Positions 1 through 7,803 of a DNA stretch of 64,000 bases are shown here, piece by piece (within the stretch, counting starts at the first letter, position 1; every line of letters begins with the position of its first letter). The notes beneath the pieces were generated by a model, which made no database searches, was not told the origin of the DNA, and worked only from the letters and a program-made list of their open reading frames with translations. The translations under genes were made by a program, and so were the position numbers. Origin of the DNA: Crocinitomicaceae bacterium (GTDB lineage Bacteria; Bacteroidota; Bacteroidia; Flavobacteriales_D; Crocinitomicaceae); NCBI GenBank assembly GCA_041392305.1, contig JAWKMJ010000010.1, positions 29,879 to 93,878 on the forward strand, read 5' to 3'.

Positions 1-1
1 T

Positions 2-388
2 TTTGCCAAATATGTAAATCATTGTTGCAACTGCAATACGATTAGTACAGGTTATGGTTTTGAAATTGCCATTCGAGATATTCAAAAAGGCGAGCAAATT
101 ACGGATGAGTACGGGATTTTTAATCTATCCGAAGAAATGGAATTGCATTGTGGTCAGCCCGGATGTCGAAATAAGATCTGTCCGAAAGATTTTGACGATC
201 ACTATCAAAACTGGGATCAAAAAATTAGACAGTCTATCGTGAAATTATTTGATGTAAACCAACCATTACTCCCTTTTGTGGAAGAAGGAACAAGACAAGA
301 GTTGGATACTTTCTTTATGAATCCTGAACGATACAAATCGGTTTATAGTCTGAAATACAAAGGAGAACCAATTCCTGTGAAGAAATAG
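2..388 (+). CDS. SET-domain protein, C-terminal part (5' end outside window)
   Basis: Frame 2 is open from nt 2. It reads FAKYVNHCCNCNTISTGYGFEIAIRDIQKGEQITDEYG...ELHCGQPGCRNKICP. This shows an NH(S/C)CxPN-like motif, an acidic-Tyr strand and a Cys-rich post-SET-like tail. Track ORF 137..388 is only the tail. Confidence 0.55.
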   Translation, partial: FAKYVNHCCNCNTISTGYGFEIAIRDIQKGEQITDEYGIFNLSEEMELHCGQPGCRNKICPKDFDDHYQNWDQKIRQSIVKLFDVNQPLLPFVEEGTRQELDTFFMNPERYKSVYSLKYKGEPIPVKK

Positions 389-447
389 ATCGACCATAGG
401 CTCTGCATGTTTGAAGAATTTCTAATTTTACGGTAAAACAAACCCAA

Positions 448-1251
448 ATGGAAGTTTTCAATATTGTAGAGCCTGTAGGTAAAAAGGTTCCTATTCTGAT
501 TAGCTCTCCGCATTCTGGAACCAATTTTCCGGATGAGCTAAAAGATCAATTTATCGCTGAAAAAAGACAAAGGCCGGATGATGCCGACTGGTTTATCCAT
601 CAGTTGTATGATTTTGCTCCGGAAATGGGAATAACCATGATCACTGCAAATTATTGCAGATGGGTAATTGATTTGAACCGAGATCCAGAATCCAAACCAC
701 TTTACAATGATGGTCGAATTATCACTTCTTTGTGTCCCCATACCGATTTCTTTGGAGAACCAATTTATAATCAGCAAGGATATATACCAGACGATGCGGA
801 AGTAGATAGAAGAAGAAAGGCGTATTACGATCCTTATCATGGAAAAATAGTTTCAATTTTGGCTGATTTAAAAGATGAATTTGGAACCGCTGTATTATTT
901 GACGCGCATTCAATCAGAAAACATGTGGAAACCATCAATAAAGAGGCTTTTCCAGATTTGATTCTTGGGACAAATGATGGAAAAACGGCTTCTGAACAAG
1001 TGATTCAAGCTGCGAAATCTGCTTTAGACGGGAATGCTTATTCTTTTGCTTATAATCATCCTTTCAAGGGAGGACAAATCACAAGATTTTTTGGGGATCC
1101 TGAAAATAATATTCATGCGATCCAACTGGAACAAGCTAAAACTAACTACATGGACGATCAGGAAGTAAATTATGTTCCAGAAAGGGCCGAAAACATAAGA
1201 AAAGTTTTGAAACAACTTTTTTCAAATATTATAGCAACGCTCCAAAAATAA
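448..1251 (+). CDS. hutG: N-formylglutamate amidohydrolase (FGase family)
   Basis: 267 aa. PILISSPHSGTNFPDE and LFDAHSIR motifs are typical of N-formylglutamate deformylase. It lies 4 nt upstream of hutF. Confidence 0.8.
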   Translation: MEVFNIVEPVGKKVPILISSPHSGTNFPDELKDQFIAEKRQRPDDADWFIHQLYDFAPEMGITMITANYCRWVIDLNRDPESKPLYNDGRIITSLCPHTDFFGEPIYNQQGYIPDDAEVDRRRKAYYDPYHGKIVSILADLKDEFGTAVLFDAHSIRKHVETINKEAFPDLILGTNDGKTASEQVIQAAKSALDGNAYSFAYNHPFKGGQITRFFGDPENNIHAIQLEQAKTNYMDDQEVNYVPERAENIRKVLKQLFSNIIATLQK

Positions 1252-1255
1252 GCTC

Positions 1256-2632
1256 ATGAAAGTATACAAAATTGACTATTTGGTCCAGAAGGATGTCGTT
1301 TTAAAGGATGCTTTTCTAGAAGTTGGAAAGGACGGTAAAATAATTGGTATTCAAAAAGAGTACAACGGAGATTATGAGCATCTACGAGGATTAGTTTTGC
1401 CAGGATTTCAGAACGCACACTCACATTGTTTCCAATATGCCATGGCTGGAATGGCGGAATTGCATTCCACAACTAATGAACCCGACGATTTTTGGTCTTG
1501 GAGGGATTCCATGTACAAGATTGCTTTACAAATTTCTCCTGAACAATTGGAGTCAGTAGCCATGATGCTCTACTCAGAAATGCTGAGAATGGGGTACACG
1601 GAGGTTGCTGAATTCCATTATTTACATCACGATAAAGATGGGAAGGCCTATTCCAATCTTTCAGAAATGGGAGAGCGATTGATGTCTGCTGCTCAAAAAA
1701 CGGGAATTAAAATCACCTTAATCCCAATATTTTATCAAAAAGGAGGATTTGGAAAAGAGGCTTCTGAAGGTCAAAGACGCTTTTTAAGCCCGGATTCAGA
1801 GAATTATTTGAAATTGGTTGAAGCTTCTCGGAAATCAGCTGAAAACTATTCTAAAGCCAAGGTAGTTAAAGGTATTCACAGTTTAAGGGCAGTGGATGAA
1901 AAAGGTTTGCAAAACGTTTTAAACACAAAAGAAAAGGATTTACCTCTTCATATTCATATCTCAGAACAACTTAAAGAAGTGGAAGAGTGTAAGTCTTACT
2001 ATGGGGCTAGACCAGTTCAATGGCTTTTAGATAATTTTGAAGTGGATTCCAACTATCATTTAGTTCATGCAACGCATTTAGTTGAAAGCGAAATACAAGG
2101 TATAGCCAATTCTGGAGCCAATGTGGTTTTATGTCCAAGTACGGAAGGAAATTTAGGTGACGGAATTTTTCCTCTTCGAGCATTTCAAGAAATGGGAGGG
2201 AAGTGGTCTATCGGAACAGATTCTCATATCGGTTTGCAATTCATGGAAGAGTTAAGATTACTCGATTACGGGCAAAGACTAATTTCTCATAAACGAAATA
2301 CTTTTTACTCCAAACAACAAGGAAATCCAGGTTTCTATGGTTTATCACAGGCTATTTGCAACGGTCGTAAAGCCATGGGTGTACAAAGTTCAAATTTTTT
2401 TGAAATCGGGCATGATTTTGACGCGGTTGTGGTGGATATGGTTCATCCATTAATGTTTATGTCAGAACCTGAACTAAAACTCTCCACTCTTCTTTATTCA
2501 ATGGATCAATCCTCAATCAAAGAAGTCTACGTTGCTGGAGAAAGAATAATAACCAATGGAATGCACGAACAAATGGATTCTATCTGGATCGATTTTGCAA
2601 AAACTTTAAAGGATTTAGGATTTAGGAATTAG
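1256..2632 (+). CDS. hutF: formimidoylglutamate deiminase (amidohydrolase superfamily)
   Basis: 458 aa. LPGFQNAHSHCFQYAMAG metal-binding motif and length match HutF. It is adjacent to hutG. Confidence 0.8.
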   Translation: MKVYKIDYLVQKDVVLKDAFLEVGKDGKIIGIQKEYNGDYEHLRGLVLPGFQNAHSHCFQYAMAGMAELHSTTNEPDDFWSWRDSMYKIALQISPEQLESVAMMLYSEMLRMGYTEVAEFHYLHHDKDGKAYSNLSEMGERLMSAAQKTGIKITLIPIFYQKGGFGKEASEGQRRFLSPDSENYLKLVEASRKSAENYSKAKVVKGIHSLRAVDEKGLQNVLNTKEKDLPLHIHISEQLKEVEECKSYYGARPVQWLLDNFEVDSNYHLVHATHLVESEIQGIANSGANVVLCPSTEGNLGDGIFPLRAFQEMGGKWSIGTDSHIGLQFMEELRLLDYGQRLISHKRNTFYSKQQGNPGFYGLSQAICNGRKAMGVQSSNFFEIGHDFDAVVVDMVHPLMFMSEPELKLSTLLYSMDQSSIKEVYVAGERIITNGMHEQMDSIWIDFAKTLKDLGFRN

Positions 2633-2639
2633 GGTTTTC

Positions 2640-2978
2640 CTAGAGATCAATCGAAAAAGGTAATAAGAAAAAGCTCTCTCTTTTCGTGTTGACAAATTTC
2701 TCCCGGAAGCTATTTAAAATAATAACTGAGAATTTTCTGACATATTCCTCAGTTATTACAGGGCTTTTGGTAGAGGAATTTGTCGCTTTTTTTTGAGGAG
2801 ACCAGACAACTCCACTATTTTCGTTCGAATTTTTTGAATTTGGATCAACTTGATCTCCATTAACAGGGTCAATAATCTTTACTCCATCTTTGATAGGGTC
2901 GGTCTGATCGGCAGCAAATACTTGCCCAACTATCAAAATAAACCCAAATAGAAAACCGATCTTAAGCGAATTTTTCAT
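2640..2978 (-). CDS. hypothetical small secreted protein
   Basis: 112 aa with an N-terminal signal-like MKNSLKIGFLFGFILIVGQVFA. No recognisable domain. Confidence 0.45.
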   Translation of the reverse strand: MKNSLKIGFLFGFILIVGQVFAADQTDPIKDGVKIIDPVNGDQVDPNSKNSNENSGVVWSPQKKATNSSTKSPVITEEYVRKFSVIILNSFREKFVNTKRESFFLLPFSIDL

Positions 2979-3068
2979 CTTACCATGTTTTGAATCTTCT
3001 AAAGATATGAAAATCTTTTTTCAAACTTCACAATTCCAGCACAAATTCCTTGCCGAACTATGTGAAAA

Positions 3069-3719
3069 CTAGGTTCTTTTGTGACGAAACCGATAGAAAA
3101 TGTATAGTTCCACAATAATCAAATTGACAACCCATCCAGCCCAAGCAACAATTTTGTACATATCCATGGGAGGTAAAGAATAGGTGTTAGCCAAAAATTG
3201 CTTGATTAATCTTAAACTAATCGCGGATAATGTCAAAGCGTAGCTCCTTAACATGAATTTTTGATGGGATTCCCAGTTTCCATTCTTGATCGCAATCAGG
3301 GCTTTGGCTGTGAAAATCATCCATAAAATTCCAAGAAGCGTAAATGAAATCTGACTATAAATTCCTCCATTGGCCTCAATCCCCATGATGATGCCAGATG
3401 GTCCGGAAAAAAGAAGCAAAACAAGAATGTAAACATAACCCACGGATCGATGGAATTTTGGAAATTGTTTTCTTAGTCCAGGAATAAATTGTAAGGCACC
3501 GGAAATCAATACAAACATGGAAGTATACACATGAGTAAAAAAGGCAACTTGATAATAGGTATGCTGAATTTCGTCCGTTTTTATACGCAGAAAAGCCACA
3601 TCAAACCGAAGCGGCACATACTGCAAAGTAATCAAAAGCATGAGGTAGGAATAATAGGCTAAAGCCAAATAGAAAAGAAAATAAAAAAGGAGCCTCAAAA
3701 CTTTCAATTTCATATCCAA
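3069..3719 (-). CDS. DUF2306-like polytopic membrane protein
   Basis: 216 aa with about 6 hydrophobic helices. The FHRSVGYVY motif resembles the DUF2306 family. Confidence 0.55.
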   Translation of the reverse strand: MDMKLKVLRLLFYFLFYLALAYYSYLMLLITLQYVPLRFDVAFLRIKTDEIQHTYYQVAFFTHVYTSMFVLISGALQFIPGLRKQFPKFHRSVGYVYILVLLLFSGPSGIIMGIEANGGIYSQISFTLLGILWMIFTAKALIAIKNGNWESHQKFMLRSYALTLSAISLRLIKQFLANTYSLPPMDMYKIVAWAGWVVNLIIVELYIFYRFRHKRT

Positions 3720-3759
3720 CCTCCAATTTCTAAGTTAAAAGTATCCCACTAAAAAAACT

Positions 3760-3975
3760 CTAAATTCGAAAAACTCTACATTCCACACTCGAAAAACTCT
3801 AAATTCGAAAGACTCTACATTCTACACTCGAAAAATTATCTCCCTCTCGGTCGATGAGCTCGCTATCGCTCGGTTCTAAATTCGAAAAACTCTACATTCT
3901 ACACTCGAAAAATTATCTCCCTCTCGGTCGATGAGCTCGCTATCGCTCGGTTCTAAATTCAAAAATCTCTAAACT
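3760..3975. repeat. 77-bp tandem repeat (2 full units, 76/77 identical) with partial flanking copies
   Basis: Unit 3799-3875 and unit 3876-3952 differ at one base. Partial copies lie at 3760-3798 and 3953-3975. The unit contains the core AAATTATCTCCCTCTCGGTCGATGAGCTCGCTATCGCTCGGTTCTA. Confidence 0.9.
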
Positions 3976-3979
3976 CAAA

Positions 3980-5002
3980 TCATCCTCTTCCAAATGAATC
4001 ATAATATTCAGCCGCGTTTTTCTCGTATTTCATGAGTAATTTGATGTTTTCTTTCTCAATATCCGTAAACTCGCTTTTGATATCGGTGTGGACAGGAATG
4101 TACCAATCTTGTTGGTCAAAAAAGACTCTCAAAGGCTGGAATTTAAAGGAATAACCGTGTCGGGCATAAATGGTGTTTCTGATGATTGTTAAATCTCCTT
4201 TTTTCATGTTTTCTACATCTCCCTTCTTTAATAGGGTGTTAGAAGCATTTACCTTATAGATCTTGTCTGTTGCTGAACCATATGAGCTGTAAATCCATTC
4301 TTCAACTTCATCTCCTTCGCCATAGGTCTCTACTTTATCTATCCTTTTAGTCCAGTTCACATATGGTCCAGTGTGGGTTAGCATGATGTCTGGGTTGTAC
4401 TGATAGGTTTTCTTTTCCAACTCATAGATTCTATACTTGATCTTTAAATTCCTGTTGGCTGTCCAAGTTCCTTTAAGTTGACCATTTTCTATTGAAAATT
4501 CAAAAGCCCCATCGTATTGATCATCTCCCGGTTCTTTCGCTTTAATCTGATAAAGGGTGTCGTTTCCTTGAGCAATTCTTTTGATACTTCCTTCAAAGGG
4601 TCTATCATTTCCGGCTACAACACTGTGCCCGTAAACTTGTTCTCCAACCACTCGATCAATGGAAATGTTGATTTTGTTATTTCGATTCCAATTAAATCCT
4701 TCATCTACCCACATTTCATTGAAGTCTTTTATTTTCTTCTTGTCTGGTTCAAAATAACCCACCCAATAACCAAGAATATCCACTTTTTCAGTGGGCAATT
4801 CAACTTTGGTTTCAGTTTCTTGGTTCTCCGTACTTTCCTGAGAGGCCATGGTGCTGTCTTCTACTTCGGCTCCTTGTGGTTCTTTCACTTCTGCATCAGA
4901 GTTTTTAATTGCTCCTTCACAGGATAAAAGCAATAAACAGGCAATAACTAGACTTTTCTTTTTCATTGGAAATGAGATTTTTAACGAAGATAAAGGATTC
5001 AA
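3980..5002 (-). CDS. YARHG-domain lipoprotein
   Basis: 340 aa. Lipobox-like LLLLSCEG. The C-terminal IRNTIYARHGYSFKFQPLRVFFDQQDWY is the YARHG signature. Confidence 0.7.
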   Translation of the reverse strand: MNPLSSLKISFPMKKKSLVIACLLLLSCEGAIKNSDAEVKEPQGAEVEDSTMASQESTENQETETKVELPTEKVDILGYWVGYFEPDKKKIKDFNEMWVDEGFNWNRNNKINISIDRVVGEQVYGHSVVAGNDRPFEGSIKRIAQGNDTLYQIKAKEPGDDQYDGAFEFSIENGQLKGTWTANRNLKIKYRIYELEKKTYQYNPDIMLTHTGPYVNWTKRIDKVETYGEGDEVEEWIYSSYGSATDKIYKVNASNTLLKKGDVENMKKGDLTIIRNTIYARHGYSFKFQPLRVFFDQQDWYIPVHTDIKSEFTDIEKENIKLLMKYEKNAAEYYDSFGRG

Positions 5003-5022
5003 AACAAATGGAGGACACTACA

Positions 5023-5568
5023 CTACTTACATTTATCTTTTTTGATAGAAGAATCTGAAAGTAATTCTTTGCCAGTTGCAACGGCTTCTTCTGTTTTTAC
5101 ATCTACTTTATTTTTTTCAGGATCTAACCATCTAATAAGATGATTGTTATGGAAGTAATAGCGATTGGCTTTGACAGTTGTTTTGCTCGGATCATGTGGC
5201 TCATCACCATTTTCCTTTGCCATTTCCATGTCATAATAAATCGGAGCATTGTAGTTGTAAATCTGTTCAAATGCAAAATACAATTCACCGTTGTGAAAAT
5301 AGTATTCTATCGTTCTCCTCCCCATTTCACCAGACCATTCAATCTCCAGTAATTTAATTTCTGAAGCATCTGAAAAGGCAACGATCTGACCTCCTTCAGT
5401 GGATTCATCCATCATCTCCACAGTTTTCTTGGTGTATTTGGAATAATTTGCTCGAGCTTCTGCGTATTTTTTGCGGATATCTTTTACAATATCTTCTTCA
5501 TTTTGAGCGATTAATTGGCCAACAAACAAAAAAGGGAGAATCAATAGGAGTGTTTTCATTTTTATCAT
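5023..5568 (-). CDS. hypothetical secreted protein
   Basis: 181 aa with signal peptide MKTLLLILPFLFVGQLIAQ. Co-directional with the YARHG gene. Confidence 0.5.
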   Translation of the reverse strand: MIKMKTLLLILPFLFVGQLIAQNEEDIVKDIRKKYAEARANYSKYTKKTVEMMDESTEGGQIVAFSDASEIKLLEIEWSGEMGRRTIEYYFHNGELYFAFEQIYNYNAPIYYDMEMAKENGDEPHDPSKTTVKANRYYFHNNHLIRWLDPEKNKVDVKTEEAVATGKELLSDSSIKKDKCK

Positions 5569-5622
5569 TTTTAAAGTGGACTAAATCTACAAAAATATCC
5601 TAGCTTTTAGATGAACAAATCA

Positions 5623-5982
5623 TTAATGAACCTCAGAATTCAAAATTTTAGGTAGACAATTCTCATAATGGTAGATTTTTAAATTCACTGAATCGCCCAT
5701 ACTCAAGCCTAACTTCTTAAAATCAATTTGAAAAGCGGTGGCATGGAGCTCAAGGGAATCTGAAACATCCTGATCATTCAAAAGAATCTTGTAAGCACAA
5801 AGTTCATTGGTTTCGGTGTAAGTTTTTTGAACAAAAAGATCTTTGCCTTGATAATAACCTTCAATTTCCAGAAAACCACTAAAAGATCTTTCTTCAACTA
5901 TTGAAATCACTTCTTTTGGGCTTCCACAAGAGTGTAATAGCAAGATTAATAATGAAATAGATACAATTCGGTATGAATTCAT
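5623..5982 (-). CDS. hypothetical lipoprotein
   Basis: 119 aa. Signal plus lipobox LLLHSCG. Confidence 0.45.
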   Translation of the reverse strand: MNSYRIVSISLLILLLHSCGSPKEVISIVEERSFSGFLEIEGYYQGKDLFVQKTYTETNELCAYKILLNDQDVSDSLELHATAFQIDFKKLGLSMGDSVNLKIYHYENCLPKILNSEVH

Positions 5983-6073
5983 AGATTTACTAATCTAAAG
6001 AAAATTACATTTATTAAGAATTCGTTAACAAAATAAATGAACAATGAATAGGAAATGCAGAATTAGATTTATA

Positions 6074-6081
6074 TACCTTTG
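6074..6081 (+). promoter_or_regulatory. Bacteroidota-type -7 box TACCTTTG (TAnnTTTG)
   Basis: Exact match to the TAnnTTTG consensus, 45 nt upstream of ORF 6127. I did not see a clear -33 TTG. Confidence 0.3.
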
Positions 6082-6126
6082 TAAAAAAGAATTCGGATAA
6101 AGATTTAAACGGATCAAAAAACTGAA

Positions 6127-6543
6127 TTGAAAACACTACAACGAAATATTTTAATTACTCTTTTGTCAATGTTTGTAGGGCTTTTTGCTCTGAACGCATC
6201 GACATTAATGGTTGTAGTTGACAACGCGCAACTTGCTCAGGAAGCTTCTGCTTCTATCCAAAATCAAAAGCAAGAGCAACTTCATTCGTCTACGAGAAAT
6301 TTTAATCATTTTTCTTTTTTAGAGGAAATGCTCGTCAATGGGCAAGAAGACGACGACGATGATGATGATCGTTTACACGATTTCACTCATAGCGATTTCA
6401 AAACTTTATTAGAGGATGATGAGAAATCATTTGAATTTCGAATTTCTCAGTTTGAACTTCACTGTGGTCTAAAGTTTAGAGCACACCTTATTCGTATTCT
6501 GAATGCGAATTCTAGACTTCTTATAGAGGTTTTCCAAATTTGA
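6127..6543 (+). CDS. hypothetical acidic protein with one N-terminal hydrophobic segment (TTG start)
   Basis: 138 aa. ILITLLSMFVGLFAL segment and an EDDDDDDDR run. No homology recognised, so the coding status is uncertain. Confidence 0.3.
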   Translation: MKTLQRNILITLLSMFVGLFALNASTLMVVVDNAQLAQEASASIQNQKQEQLHSSTRNFNHFSFLEEMLVNGQEDDDDDDDRLHDFTHSDFKTLLEDDEKSFEFRISQFELHCGLKFRAHLIRILNANSRLLIEVFQI

Positions 6544-6686
6544 TTTGATATTTATAGATCCTACTGGATCAAAAATGGATGTTGATCTTGTTCAGCAATC
6601 CTATTGCGCTGGAAATAAAATTTTTAGCCTAAAATTTTGAATATCAAATTTACTTCAACGAAATAATATTATTAAATCAAATTACA

Positions 6687-7769
6687 ATGAATAAAAAATT
6701 ATTCCTATTTATCGCGCTAGCCGCACTATGGATGACAAGTTGTTCCGAGGAAAAAGAAAAAGAAGAGGAGCATTCACGAATGGTAGCAACAAGCCCAATT
6801 TTTAAAGATACAACGGTCGTTAAAGAGTACGTATGCCAAATTCGCTCAATTCAGCATATTGAATTAAGAGCATTGGAAAAAGGGTATTTGCAAGAAATAT
6901 TCGTAGACGAAGGTCAACTTGTTCAAAAAGGTCAATTAATGTTTCAAGTTATGCCTCTCCTTTATCAAGCTGAAATGCAAAAAGCCGAGGCTGAAGCCGC
7001 ATTTGCAGAGATTGAATATAGAAATACTAAAATTTTAGCGGATAGCAATATTGTCTCTCCAAATGAATTGGCTCTCGCAAAAGCCAAATTCGATAAGGCA
7101 AAAGCAGAATTGGCGCTGGCAAGAGTTCATTTAGGATTCACAGAAATAAGAGCTCCTTTTACGGGTATTATGGATCGGTTTCAGGTTCGATTAGGAAGCT
7201 TGGTTGATGAGGGGGACTTGCTTACTTCTCTTTCCGATAACTCATTTATTTGGGTTTATTTCAATGTTCCTGAAGCAGAATATCTGGACTATATGGACCA
7301 TGTTAAAAAGGATAGTGTCATACAAGTTAAGTTGATGATGGCTAATAATAAACTTTTTAATCATGATGGGGTAGTAGAAACAATTGAGGCTGATTTCAAT
7401 AATGAAACAGGAAATATCGCTTTCAGAGCAAAATTTGAAAACCCTGAAGGCCTTTTAAGACATGGTGAGACAGGGAATATTCGAATGGAAATACCAACTA
7501 AAGATGCAATGATTATTCCGCAAAAAGCGACTTTCGAGATTTTGGATAAACTCTATGTATGGGTAATTGATGCAGACAATACCGTTCATCAAAGAGAAAT
7601 CGAAATTCAAGCCGAATTACAGGATTTATTTATTATTTCTGGAGGACTTTCGAAAGAAGATAAAATATTGCTCGAAGGAATTCGAAAGGTTAGAAACGAT
7701 GACAAAATTGAATTTGAATTCGAAGAACCCTCTGAAGTCCTTTCTAGATTGAAATTGAAAGCAGAATAA
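6687..7769 (+). CDS. efflux RND transporter periplasmic adaptor (membrane fusion protein)
   Basis: 360 aa. Lipobox WMTSCS. A coiled-coil hairpin (AEMQKAEAEAAFAEIEY...AKAKFDKAKAELALA) is followed by FTEIRAPFTGI, typical of the AcrA/MexA family. Confidence 0.85.
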   Translation: MNKKLFLFIALAALWMTSCSEEKEKEEEHSRMVATSPIFKDTTVVKEYVCQIRSIQHIELRALEKGYLQEIFVDEGQLVQKGQLMFQVMPLLYQAEMQKAEAEAAFAEIEYRNTKILADSNIVSPNELALAKAKFDKAKAELALARVHLGFTEIRAPFTGIMDRFQVRLGSLVDEGDLLTSLSDNSFIWVYFNVPEAEYLDYMDHVKKDSVIQVKLMMANNKLFNHDGVVETIEADFNNETGNIAFRAKFENPEGLLRHGETGNIRMEIPTKDAMIIPQKATFEILDKLYVWVIDADNTVHQREIEIQAELQDLFIISGGLSKEDKILLEGIRKVRNDDKIEFEFEEPSEVLSRLKLKAE

Positions 7770-7803
7770 TTCACGGAACTACAAACTAATTAATTCAAAC
7801 GCA

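Noticed and set aside
3760-3975. Possible CRISPR array, because of the regular direct repeats.
   Set aside because: The 77-bp units abut each other with no unique spacers. The unit is far longer than a CRISPR repeat, and no cas genes are present in the window.
6544-6686. Regulatory element or missing TetR-type regulator upstream of the RND operon.
   Set aside because: Only a short GATCC..GGATC inverted repeat is visible. No ORF or convincing operator-like palindrome could be supported.
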